This document shows positions 47,691-59,700 of a DNA stretch of 64,000 nt, piece by piece (within the stretch, counting starts at the first letter, position 1; each line of letters opens with the position of its first letter). Under the pieces are notes generated by a model that searched no databases, had not been told where the DNA came from, and was given only the letters and a program-made list of their open reading frames with translations. A program made the position numbers and the translations under genes. Source of the DNA: Heterodontus francisci (Eukaryota). The stretch is from NCBI RefSeq assembly GCF_036365525.1, contig NC_090374.1, positions 129,796,421 through 129,860,420 of the forward strand, in the 5' to 3' direction.

Positions 47691-50614
47691 TGTGGCAGGG
47701 GGGTGGGAACCAGAGCAGTTGGACAGCAAGTGAAATAAATGAGGGGGAACTAGTAAATAAGGCCAGTAAGCCTAAGGGGAAGAGCAGGCAGGGAGATGTT
47801 GCGGAGCACAGCGGGACTGGTGGTCTGAAGTGCATTTGTTTCAATGCGAGAAGTAAAACAGGTAAGGCAGATGAACTTAGAGCTTGGATTAGTACTTGGA
47901 ACTATGATGTTGTTGCTATTACAGAGACTTGGTTGAGCGAAGGACAGGATTGGCAGCCAAGTGTTCCAGGATTTAGGAGCTTCAGGTGGGATAGAGGGGG
48001 ATGTAAAAGGGGTGGGGGAGTTGCATTACTGGTTAAGGAGAATATCACAGCTATACTGCGGGAGGACACCTCGGAGGGGTCATGCAGTGAGGTAATATGG
48101 GTGGAGCTCAGGAATAGGAAAGGTGAAGTCACGATGTTGGGGGTTTACTACAGGCCTCCCAACAGCCAGCGGGAGGTAGAGGAGCAGATATGTAGACCGA
48201 TTTTGGAAAGATGTAAAGGTAACAGGGTTGTTGTGGTGGGTGATTTTAACTTCCCCTATATTGACTGGGACTCACTTAGTGCTAGGGGCTTAAATGGGGC
48301 AGAATTTGTAAGGGGCATCCAGGAGGGTTTCTTGAAACAATATGTAGATAGTCCAACTAGGGATGGGGCCGTACTGGACCTGGTATTGGGGAATGAGCCC
48401 GGCCAGGTGGTCGAAGTTTCAGTAGGGGAGCATTTCGGGAATAGTGACCATAATTCCATAAGTTTTAAGGTACTTATGGATAAGGATAAGAGTAGTCCTC
48501 GGGTGAAGGTGCTAAATTGGGTGAAGGCTAATTATAACAATATTAGGCAGGAACTGAAGAAGTTAGATTGGGGGCGGCTGTTTGAGGGTAAGTCAACATC
48601 TGACACGTGGGAGTCTTTCAAATGTCAGATGATTAGAATCCAGGACCAGCATGTTCCTGTGAGGAAGAAGGATAAGTTTGGCAAGTTTCAGGAACCTTGG
48701 ATAACACGGGATATTGTGAGCCTCGTCAAAAAGAAAAAGGAAGCATTCGTAAGGGCTGGAAGGCTAGGAACAGACGAATCCCTTGAGGAATATAAAGACA
48801 GTAGGAAGGAACTTAAGCAAGGAGTCAGGAGGGCTAAAAGGGGTTATGAGAAGTCATTGGCAAACAGGATTAAGGAAAATCCCAAGGCTTTTTATACGTA
48901 TATAAAGAGCAAGAGGGTAACCAGGGAAAAGGTTGGCCCACTCAAGGACAGAGAAGGGAATCTATGTGTGGAGCCAGAGGAAATGGGCGAGGTACTAAAT
49001 GAGTACTTTGCATCAGTATTCACCAAGGAGAAGGACTTGATGGATGATGAGCCTAGGGAAGGGAGTGTAGATAGTCTCAGTCATCTCATTATCAAAAAGG
49101 AGGAGGTGTTGGGTGTCTTGCAAAGCATTAATGTAGATAAGTCCCCAGGGCCTGATGGGATCTACCCCAGAATACTGAGGGAGGCAAGGGAAGAAATTGC
49201 TGGGGCCTTGACAGAAATCTTTGCATCCTCATTGGCTACAGGTGAGGTCCCAGAGGACTGGAGAATAGCCAATGTTGTTCCTTTGTTTAAGAAGGGTAGC
49301 AAGGATAATCCAGGAAATTATAGGCCGGTGAGCCTTACGTCAGTGGTAGGGAAATTATTAGAGAGGATTCTTCGGGACAGGATTTACTCCCATTTGGAAA
49401 CAAATGGACTTATTAGCAAGAGGCAGCATGGTTTTGTGAGGGGGAGGTCGTGTCTCACTAATTTGATCGAGTTTTTTGAGGAAGTGACGAAGATGATTGA
49501 TGAAGGAAGGGCAGTGGATGTTATCTATATAGACTTCAGTAAAGCCTTTGACAAGGTCCCTCATGGCAGACTGGTACAAAAGGTGAAGTCACACAGGGTC
49601 AGAGGGGAGCTGGCAAGATGGATACAGAACTGGCTCGGTCATAGAAGACAGAGGGTAGCAGTGGAAGGGTGCTTTTCTGAATGGAGGGATGTGACTAGTG
49701 GTGTTCGGCAGGGATCAGTGCTGGGACCTTTGCTGTTTGTAGTATATATAAATGATTTGGAGGAAAATGTAGCTGGTCTGATTAGTAAGTTTGCGGATGA
49801 CACAAAGGTTGGTGAAGTTGCGGACAGTGATGAGGATTGTCAGAGGATACAGCAGGAGACTTGGGCGGAGAAATGGCAGATGGAGTTTAAGTCGGACAAA
49901 TGTGAGGTAATGCATTTTGGAAGGTCTAATGCAGGTGGGAAGTATACAGTAAATGGCAGAACCCTTTGGAGTATTGACAGGCAGAGAGATCTGGGCATAC
50001 AGGTCCACAGGTCACTGAAAGTGGCAACGCAGGTGGATAAGGTAGTCAAGAAGGCATATGGCATGCTTGCCTTCATCGGTCGGGGCATAGAGTATAAAAA
50101 TTGGCAAGTCATGCTGCAGCTATACAGAACTTTAGTTAGGCCACACTTAGAGTATTGCATGCAATTCTGGTCGCCACACTACCAGAAGGACGTGGAGGCT
50201 TTGGAGAGGGTACAGAAGAGGTTTACCATGATGTTGCCTGGTCTGGAGGGCGTTAGCTATGAGGAGAGGTTGGATAGACTCGGATTGTTTTCACTGGAAC
50301 GACGGAGGTGGAGGGGCGACATGATAGAGGTTTACAAAGTTATAAGCGGCATGGACAGAGTGGATAGTCAGAAGCTTTTTCCCAGGGTGGAAGAGTCAGT
50401 TACTAGGGGACATAGGTTTAAGGTGAGAGGGACAAAATTTAGATGGGATGTGCGAGGCAAGTTCTTTACACAGAGGGTGGTGAGTGCCTGGAACATGTTG
50501 CCGGGGGAGGTGGTGGAAGCAGGTACCATAGAGACGTTTAAGAGGCATCTTGACAAATACATGAATAGGATGGGAATAGAGGGATACGGACCCCGGAAGT
50601 GCAGAAGGTTTTAG
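47690..50614 (+). CDS. CR1 ORF2p: APE endonuclease plus reverse transcriptase (974 codons, first AUG at 48134)
   Basis: FNARS, ITETW, YYRPP, VGDFN, LDLVL and SDH endonuclease motifs. YRPVSLTS, QHGF, DFSKAFD and KFADD RT motifs. Confidence 0.95.
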   Translation: MWQGGGNQSSWTASEINEGELVNKASKPKGKSRQGDVAEHSGTGGLKCICFNARSKTGKADELRAWISTWNYDVVAITETWLSEGQDWQPSVPGFRSFRWDRGGCKRGGGVALLVKENITAILREDTSEGSCSEVIWVELRNRKGEVTMLGVYYRPPNSQREVEEQICRPILERCKGNRVVVVGDFNFPYIDWDSLSARGLNGAEFVRGIQEGFLKQYVDSPTRDGAVLDLVLGNEPGQVVEVSVGEHFGNSDHNSISFKVLMDKDKSSPRVKVLNWVKANYNNIRQELKKLDWGRLFEGKSTSDTWESFKCQMIRIQDQHVPVRKKDKFGKFQEPWITRDIVSLVKKKKEAFVRAGRLGTDESLEEYKDSRKELKQGVRRAKRGYEKSLANRIKENPKAFYTYIKSKRVTREKVGPLKDREGNLCVEPEEMGEVLNEYFASVFTKEKDLMDDEPREGSVDSLSHLIIKKEEVLGVLQSINVDKSPGPDGIYPRILREAREEIAGALTEIFASSLATGEVPEDWRIANVVPLFKKGSKDNPGNYRPVSLTSVVGKLLERILRDRIYSHLETNGLISKRQHGFVRGRSCLTNLIEFFEEVTKMIDEGRAVDVIYIDFSKAFDKVPHGRLVQKVKSHRVRGELARWIQNWLGHRRQRVAVEGCFSEWRDVTSGVRQGSVLGPLLFVVYINDLEENVAGLISKFADDTKVGEVADSDEDCQRIQQETWAEKWQMEFKSDKCEVMHFGRSNAGGKYTVNGRTLWSIDRQRDLGIQVHRSLKVATQVDKVVKKAYGMLAFIGRGIEYKNWQVMLQLYRTLVRPHLEYCMQFWSPHYQKDVEALERVQKRFTMMLPGLEGVSYEERLDRLGLFSLERRRWRGDMIEVYKVISGMDRVDSQKLFPRVEESVTRGHRFKVRGTKFRWDVRGKFFTQRVVSAWNMLPGEVVEAGTIETFKRHLDKYMNRMGIEGYGPRKCRRF

Positions 50615-51409
50615 TTTAGGCAGGCATCAAGATCGGCGCAGGCTTGGAGGGCCGAATGGCCTGTTCCTGTGCTGTACTGTTCTTTGTTTTGTTAAATGGT
50701 ATAGTTCTTTGAAGAGTACAGAGAAGATTTACAAGGATGATACCAAAAATGCGTGGGTATACATATCTGGAAAGGATGAATTGGCTGGGTCTTTTTCTCT
50801 CTCTCAAAAAAAAAATAAGGCTGAGGGGTGACCTAATAGAGGTCTATAAAAATGAAAGATTTTGTTACAGTGGATATAGAAAGAATGTTTCCTCTTGTGG
50901 GGAAGAGCATAACTAGAAGCCATCAATATGAGTGTGTCACCAAAGAATCCAATCGGGAATTCAGAAGAAACTACCCAGAGTGGTGAGAATGTGCAACATG
51001 TTATCAAAGGGAGCAGTTAGATGCATTTAAGCATATGAGGGAGAAGGGATTAGAGGGTTATTATAGATTTAGATGAGGAAAGATGGGAGGAAGTTTGAGA
51101 GTAGCATAAACACCAGCATGGACTGGTTGGGCTGAGTGGCCTGTTTGTATGCTGTGTACCCTGTGTAATCCTAAGTGAAAACTAGAAGGATTTGCTGATG
51201 GCCCTCTCCCACCCTACTTTATCTAATCCTCTGCTGTTGCTGTGGACAATATTAAAATAAAAAATCACAATTGGGTAGGTCTCAGCAGCTGCCATCTCTG
51301 GACTTGCTCATTAATTGTCCGAGGTTTGGCCTGAACTTTTTGTCTGTTAAAACTAGACTGTTTAAATGTTTATAGTTGCTTCAGATTACTTGGTTAAACT
51401 TTGTTACAA

Positions 51410-53005
51410 AAACTCCCTTTGTGTAAACAATGTTAATAGAAAAACGTTTCAAGATGCTTCAGAGTATATGGGAAATGGATGCCAAACTAATAGAGGAGAT
51501 TAGGAGAGTTGCCCAAATGTTTGGTTGAAAAATTGGGTCAGAAGGATGAATTAAGGGAGAGAAGGTAAGGAGTTTATGGAGGGGACTCCAGAGAATATGA
51601 CCCAGGCAGCTGAAGGCTCTTCTGGTAGTGCTGGGGCTAAGAGAAGGAAGATGTAAAGCTTCAAGTCAGTATGGAGAGTTTGAGGGGAGAAAAAGGGCTG
51701 GAGGTAGATGTGAAGATAGGGTGGGTGAGATCATGGACAGATTTTAAAATTAGGACAATATTTTAAACTTGAGGGATTGTGAACTAATATAGGTCAGCAA
51801 GGGCTGGGGTAATGAGTGAGTGGGACAGAATGTCTGCAGCAGAGTTTTGGATGCGTTTGTGTTTATGAAGGGTAGAAAACTAGGCCTGCAGGGAGGGTGT
51901 TTGAATAGGTGAATCTGGAGTTGACAAAGTAATGTATAAAGGTGTCAGAATTGGAGCTGGACAAATCTGAGGAGGTGGAAATAGGTGGTCTTTCTGTTGG
52001 AGAGAATGAGGCTTGAAGCGCGTCTTAGCATTAAACAGGATGTTGAGGTTGCAAAGAGCTTGAGAGAGTGACTAAGGAAGGAGCGGAACTAGTGAACAGG
52101 GATTGGAGGTATTGCTCGGTGTTGCTGTTGATGGCTTTGGTTTTCCCACTGTCAGCTGGAGGGCACTGAGATTTTTTTGAGTGGATTTTGGACTGGCAGT
52201 CTGACAGCACAGAGGAGTGGAGAGGTGGAGCTGAGTGTACTTGTGAAAACTGATCTGTGTCTGTAGATTGTCACTGAGGGGCTATGTATAGATAAGGAAG
52301 AGGAGTAGTCCATTAATCCAAAGGAAGATTTCTGGAAAGGGTGGGTGGGTATATGTTGGCAATGGAGATTGGCTGGCTGCATTCAAGTAGGTAGGAGTGA
52401 AACTGCAAGAACAGTCCTAAAGAGAAGCATTGGATTGTGTCAACCTTGTGGATAAGTATGAGGGAGGATAAAACACCATGATCGTAGTTTGGTCTGTAGG
52501 GATTTGAACAGGGAGATTACTATGAATTGTTAGGCAACAAAATGCTGAAGAACCTAGAGAGAACAGAGGTTGAAGATGAGGTGGTAGTTGGCAAGGATGG
52601 AAGAGTCAAGCTTGGAATTTTTTGAGGAAGGGGGTTGTAATGGTAGTTTTGAAAAGAGATGGTGCTCGGAGAGGGAGCTATTGGTAATGTCAACCAAAAT
52701 GGGACCAGGAAGAGGAGTTGGCCGGTCAGGAGTTGAGGGAGCAGGAGATTGTTGGAGTAGCACTTGGGTCTCATTGAGATGAGGTTGAATGTGGCAGGAG
52801 GTGAGGTGGAGGTGCAGATAGATGGCAGTTCAGAACTAAACCATTTTTGTCTGTTTATACCACTGAAGCATCTTGGAATGTTTTCTATGTTAAAGTTGTT
52901 TATATATATTTTGTTGTAAGAGTGGGGAGGAATTAGGACTTGGGGCCAAATGGAAAGGAAGGAGGACATAACGGGCAGAGGCAGCTGCACACAGTCTCAA
53001 TCTTC
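51410..53005 (-). mobile_element. Decayed L2-clade LINE fragment
   Basis: ORF 52554-52763 has LDSSILANYHLIFNL (NYRPISNL-like), and the sequence resembles 37150-38770. Confidence 0.6.
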
Positions 53006-54424
53006 AGGATGATGAAATTCAAGTATGAAGAACACCGACTTGAGAGAAATGCCTATCGATGGTGATTGGAACAGCTCCAAAATGTTCTTCAGTAGCAGTT
53101 ACCAGTCCTGAATATTTTCTGTGTCAGAGATGGAGTGCTCCTTCAGTGGGGAAAGAGAGGAGAATCACAGAAAAGCCTTTTAGTGATGGGGCAGGTTAAA
53201 TGAATACATCTGATGAGCGAATGTACTAAAGTGCGTCAGATCAGGGTGCGTGAAAGCCTCGTTGCTGGGAGTGCAGTCAGAATACAGCAGGTCTATTGGG
53301 TTGAAATACTCTGGCAGTCATGCATTTCCTAAAGGTATGGTTTATTTTTGTTTGGTTACAGTGCTGTTTGCCAATGTCTGTTAGCTTATTTGAAGGCTGT
53401 GGTTCCATTGTGTGACGGGAAGAAGGAGGGCAACAGTGGCTAAGACAAGTTGCCTGGCTATGTTGTTACACACCACATAACCAATGTGTACTGAAATTTA
53501 GCTGCTTTGGTGAGAAAACAGCATTGTTGCCCTAGTATGATGTAAATATGTTTACAATGTGCTCTCTAGTCGATCTGAATAATGCTCTTTGGGAGCCATA
53601 TAAAGTGTTATGTAAGTGAGCTTATAGGAGTCCTATAATGACTATTAGCGCGAAATTCGCTCAGAGCCTTTTAAAGAGATGTCCTATAATATAGTAAACT
53701 CTCTCATGTATTTTTAGCAGCTGAACAAGAAGCATTTTAGCGAAGGATGTGTTTGAGGATGGTTTGTATGAAATAGTTAATGAAGGAGCTATGAATAAAA
53801 ATGTTTCAAAAACTGGAGTGTATTACAGTGAGGAACGAACTAACTTTAAATGCAAATCAAATTCTCCTCATAAAAGCAACTGATTTAAAAACATCAACTT
53901 GTATACTCCAGGTATTAATAACATTTACTAGTGTTTTTTTAAAATTGAGATTGATCAGTATGAATCTTGCCTGCTAGTCAAGTCCCTGGTGTAGATTAAT
54001 ACTCCTGTGGGATAGCAAGAAGAAAGTAGTCTAGAAGTGATTGCGGGAATTTGCTTTTGGGGGCCAGGGGGGAATGTTTCAGAGGAGGCCACAAATCATT
54101 CAAGCTGTGTTCTAAGGGCATAGAAAAGACTGTTCAGCCCATAAAACCTACTTCTGCCAATAAGAAACTGTATGAGCAATTTCTGGAGATGTTACTGTTC
54201 ACGCTACAATATACCAGTTTACAGTAAGACTTCAGGGAAAAGCTGAAATCACCAGTTATTTTATTTTCATTCATGCCTACAAACTTACTTATTTGCAATA
54301 TATGGCAGTGCTTTTCTGAACTGCTTACACTTAGTTTCATATTGTTGGAATGGGAATGAGAGTATGGAAATCAGCATCTCTAGTCTGTTACACCAATCTG
54401 TTAAATTGTGGCCAATTTATACCT

Positions 54425-54735
54425 CAACTTCATTTACCTGCCTTGGTTCCATATACCCTGATAACTTTAACTAATAGTTGTTTCCCAAACTTGACCATTT
54501 CAATTGACCCAGCATCCACAGCCATTTGGGGAAGAGAGCTCCACATTTCCATGGCTCTTTCTGTGGAATAATACTTCCTGATTTCACCCGCAACTGGTCC
54601 AGCTCTAATTGAAAGATCATGCCCTTTTGTTCTGGATTTCACACAAGAGGAAATCATTTCTTTATCTACCAAATCCCTTTATCATTTTAAACACCAAGTA
54701 GCTCACCCATCAATCTTCTAAACTCTAGGGAATGC
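54425..54735 (-). mobile_element. CR1 3' fragment
   Basis: ORF 54430-54672 reads SRTKGH....W.SLPQ.AV. Confidence 0.7.
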
Positions 54736-55317
54736 AACTTATGTTTTTTTTGGGTGAAATTTTGAATTTACTCAAAATCCATTCGCTTGCACAGAGTTAG
54801 AATCAGGCCCTTTGTTTCAGTAACTTTGTAGAGTAACCCTGCCATAGATTATTGGAATAAAACACTTATATGTTTTCCTAATTTTTCCATTGTCACTTGA
54901 AGTGCAAATTTGTAGGCCTATCAACTATGTACTGCACCATCCATGTGTCCATTGTTCCTGTGTGAGGCTAGACTGTCAGCTGGCTATGCTACTATGGAGG
55001 CATTGCAGTTGAGCCTGAGCTGCTGCTGTCTGATAAGTACCTGTACCTTTTCAAAAAAAAACTTTAGGCCAATCAGTATCTGGAAACCCATTTCCTCCTG
55101 TCTCCACTAGTTCACTGAGGCCAGTTGTAGCATCCTAATGTGTTAAACGCAATCAGAATGCAGGATCAAACCTGATGTCTTTTGTGGCTTGGAATAGACC
55201 ATATGTGCATTGATCTGTTATTGAATGCCATTTATTTATATATATAAGATGCTAATAATTATATAGTCATTGCATTTTACCCAGTAAAACCATTGATTTT
55301 ATGGTGAACTATACTGA

Positions 55318-55515
<198 letters not shown>

Positions 55516-55656
55516 TTGCTACATGACTGTTACTTGACCTTTGGAATGTTTAATGCAGTCATTTAAAGAACATGTTGCATGCAGAATAATGGTGTGCTAA
55601 TCTCAAAACACCATTACTGATTTCTTTCAATGTATCAATTGCTGTAAAGCTTACAA

Positions 55657-55662
55657 AATAAA
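55657..55662 (+). promoter_or_regulatory. HINT1 polyadenylation signal
   Basis: AATAAA about 140 nt after the stop, followed by GT-rich tgttgtgt. Confidence 0.7.
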
Positions 55663-56082
55663 TTGAGTTCATAATGAATCTGTTGTGTAAATGCTATTTA
55701 TTTAAACGGTAATGCCCTATAAGGAAGTCTCGTGCCTCCCCGCTCCAACCAGTTTTCTCCTTGCAGCATTTACCTTGTGCTGGGTAGCTGACTCCTGACT
55801 ACTTTCCCACCTGGGAAATGAAATTGACTCCTAAGTGTATGTAGTTGACGGAGGTGGCCCTTTTTGCAGTGTGGCTTACTTCCATGTTGAGGTATATGAC
55901 TCGGTCATCGTACATCAGTGTGCTTTGAGAGGCATTTTGAAAAGATTCTGGAGACAAAGAAGAAAGGTAAATATATAGCTAACACTTAAAAGCCTGTAGT
56001 GTTTTCTGAGGGCCATAAATAGATATCTTTCAGGTTGTTAGCTACTAATCAAACTTTCTCTTCCCAATGAGATAGGGTGCTA

Positions 56083-56760
56083 CTAGCAGAGACCTGCAAA
56101 AACATTGTGGTCAAATTAGTATCAATAGAACTGTACTTCTTCACAGGATTTCTAGTTATTCTTTCACCAAAGACATTCACAGAATCAAAACTTCTCTGAA
56201 AAAAGCTACATAAAGCTGTCCTTGTTATAAAAAGAGGCCTAGGAATATAAATACAAATTTTGTCAAGATTCTGGCCTTGTGACTTGTTTATAGTCATAGA
56301 ATATGAAAGTCTAATTGGGAACTATTTTTGCCTGAGTTGGAAGGGCAGGTTCATATCTGATGGGCTCAATATTATTTGAGGAATAAACACTATAACTGGC
56401 AGATTTCAAGGAAATTATTTCAACATCTATTATCAAAGAACACTGCTTCCTAACTACCAATCTGGTTCCATGACAAAGTCCTTGTTTGGGATTTAAGTTT
56501 TTGTAGCAACATTATAACTGCTGCTTCCTTGAATCTTAAGTTTGTGGGTGGCATGGTCATTGGAGTCAGACCATGCAGAAACTCTGGAGGGTGTAGACTG
56601 TTATCATCTTCGTCTATAGAATCAACACTGATGTATTTTAATTCACCTGACAGCTTTTCTAAACCTTTCTCATTCAAATCTAGTGAATCTTCATTTTTAG
56701 CAGAAAGAATAGCTTTTGAATAATTTGTATCAAATAATTGTCCCCACCATTTTGCCACAC
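56083..56760 (-). mobile_element. Helitron remnant: PIF1-like helicase C-terminus and 3' end
   Basis: AILSAKNED...PPEFL..L.P..MPP, CHGTRLVV, FPIRLSYSMTINKSQGQ and GQLYVA motifs with frameshifts. Decayed hairpin followed by CTAG|T at 56083. Confidence 0.85.
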
Positions 56761-59700
56761 TTAACCAATTCCATCGTTTCATCCACCCATACCATGCCAT
56801 CAATCCCATCCCATCTCTCAGAAGCAAGGTCTCCAGCCAGGGCTCCCTTACCTTCTGTTTACGTTCTTCATCAACCACCGTTGCCATTAACTGTTGGCAG
56901 CCGCACGTGTGACCGTTGGTAAACAAATCGGCTCTTTTGTACATTCTTTTGATCTCTGCTGCTTCCCACACACACTTCTTTACTGTGATACTTTAATTTA
57001 GTGGCTATTTTTTAAAAATGCAAATCTCTCACTGTCAAATTTTGGTTTTAGTGTAGGCTGAAATTCTACCTTGATTCTCGGCACTTAACAGCTACCAGAT
57101 CAAAATGCAATAAAAAAAAAAATCCAATTTTTTTGTTGGAAAATGCAACATAAATCCACCTTTCTTCCCCACTCCTGTCCAGCCAATAGCCAAGAAAGAG
57201 TGAAGAATAAAATGTATTTTAATGAATCAAGCTAGCAAATGTAGGCATCTTGGTTATTTAAGAACCTACAGTTTTGTTTTAAGTCTAATCAACACTGAAA
57301 ACTTAGTGTTCCGCCTGCTCCTGCTGACCATATGGAAACTTGTATAAAAAATTTAAAAAGCTTATGTTAATGAGCTGCTTCTAGCCCTGGCTCCTGTTCT
57401 CAGCTGGTTGGGCCTAACTGAGAAGCCACCAGCGTTTCCTCATTCAGGCTGTATATTTTGCAGTTGACCAATATATGTATACCCTTCAGTTGTGATGATC
57501 AGCAGCAGTGATGTCTCCTTGGGTAGGAAAGCTTTCTTACATGATTTGTAAGTCATCTGATTGTTACCTGGCATATTAATATGTCAAACTCAATGTTTGC
57601 CACTGCAATAATTCTGTTAAGAGCAACCAGAGCAAGCTTGGCCAAGAGAAGGAGCTAATAGGCATTTATTTTAAGGCAAATCTAATTGGCTTGTGGCAAA
57701 ATATTGACATAGCAATCCCATGAAACAAGTAAGTTCCCTATATAAAGTACCAAGCTACACATGCCAATAACTATGCACCATGTGTGAGTAACAGTAAAAT
57801 CATCAGCTGACTGTGCAGTGAATTGTAATGTCACTGAAGTCTATTGTGTTAAGGCCACATTTCTTTTATAATGCACCTTTTCCTGTGGTACATGGTTCTG
57901 ATTAACTTAAGCTCATGTGGAAAACCAGATTTACAATTTAAAAAAATGTTGAGATAATGCAATGAAATAGAAAGTACCTTCACACTAGCAAATTTATCTC
58001 CTTCAAAACAGTTCTTTCATGATCACTGACAGTCATTGTTTAATTATTTTTAAATGGGGAATAAAATAAGTTTATGTAAAAATAATATTTTGTAACTTTG
58101 TTTTTATACGATGCTGAGTTAGCACAGTATGTTAGAATACTATATCCATTCACCTCTAAGATTGTTCTAATCCAGTACAGTATAATGGATGAGAATGTCC
58201 CTTGGTTGACTATGAAAGAACCTATGAAATGTTTAACCAGTTTCAACTCTGTTTCAAATGAGTACAGGTACAAAGCATAAAACTCCATAATTTAGCATAA
58301 GTTGCCAATCTTGCTCAGCGAGCCATAAGATGGTGAAAGAAGCAAAGAACTCACTATTGCAACATGTCTAACAGAAGGTTTGTAGTCAGCACAATTTTGC
58401 TTTGCATAACCAGGACAACATGAACAGATGCCATACTTTAATGTGGCCATGTGGCTGGCCCTAGAATCCATGCCAAGAGTGTTGCCTGTCAACCTGTTGT
58501 GCAAACCCTCACGTAAGTTTAGACTACTACTTATGTAGACCCAAACATTGTTAGCAGTGGTAGGTTAAACCTGTGAGTATGCTGCCACTGGGAGGCCTGG
58601 GGTTGGGGGTGGGGAAGTTGGGATGGTGGTTTTGGTGGTGGTGCGGGGAGGCAGAGGTGGAAGAGGCTGCTTGAAACCTATGTCACGAGGGGGCATCTTC
58701 TGTAAGAGGTGTCGATCATCATTCCCTATAACATCTACAAGGGAACTTGCTACGTATTTGAAAAAGAATTTGGCAGGATGGAGAGAAAGGACAGGACGAT
58801 GGGATTAGAATAGATAACTCCAATTGAAGAGGCAGCATAAGCACAGTTGAGTTGCCTCCTTGTGTGCTGAAATTTCAATGAATTTAATGTTTAAACTACA
58901 TTCTCACATCATTGATGTGCTTTAGCCCAAACTAAAAGACAATCGGTAGATTGTGCGGTGAACAAAATGGGTGAAAAGCCAATGACGCAAGTTTCTGCCT
59001 AACTTCCCTGCCCGTACACGCCTGATTCACAATGGCACCAGTGCAGAATGGAAAACATATCTTAGGTAGTCAAAGATGGAAAAAATTCCTTTCTTCTGCA
59101 TTGACAACTCCTGCCTTGAAAAGAAAACATTTACCCCACAAAATATATAAGGATACTAACTTTTAGCAAAACAGATTCTCTACATTTATGATATTTGTTT
59201 AGTAAACAGAAAAACATCACATGGCCCATTTTTTTTAGTACTATTCCAAAATATATAATGTATATTCCAAAATATATAAAGTCTTTTTAGTTACAAAAAT
59301 TGCAGTTTTTCATAGTACAATGTTAATTTTAATTTCCCAGAATTTTTTTTCTTTAGTCAATTGAACCAAATGTCAGTGAACACAATGTTACTTAAGTTGA
59401 CTCGACTTCCACATAATGGCTCCTGATCACGCTCTTTTTCCTTTTGATTGATGTCACCCTTGGAGACAGACTTTAACTACTCTCTGTGGGTCAAATGGAA
59501 GCAAATGACAGCCAGAAGTCATTGGAGTGGATTGCAGAGTAACTCTGTCCTCCTCTGGCTTCTTTATGCATTTTGAACACTAGGTGCCATTGTAGTTTCA
59601 AAATTGGCAGGATGCACCTTGTGCATTAAAAGCAAATGTTGTTAGTATTTGCAACTTGTTTTATTAATGCAATTTAATGTTGATTCTAAATGTTATGAAC

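Larger units (their letters stand above)
46839..50692 (+). mobile_element. Young, nearly full-length CR1 LINE in HINT1 intron 2, nested in an older CR1
   Basis: Open ORF1 (5'-truncated) and ORF2 with a 3' UTR. An older CR1 fragment at 46700-46835 resumes at about 50705-51172. Confidence 0.95.

Noticed and set aside
46841-50562. Multiple antisense ORFs over the CR1
   Set aside because: Shadow frames of ORF1 and ORF2 with no recognisable domains.
56049-56760. Host PIF1 helicase gene
   Set aside because: It is intronless, frameshifted and followed by a Helitron-type hairpin-CTAG end.
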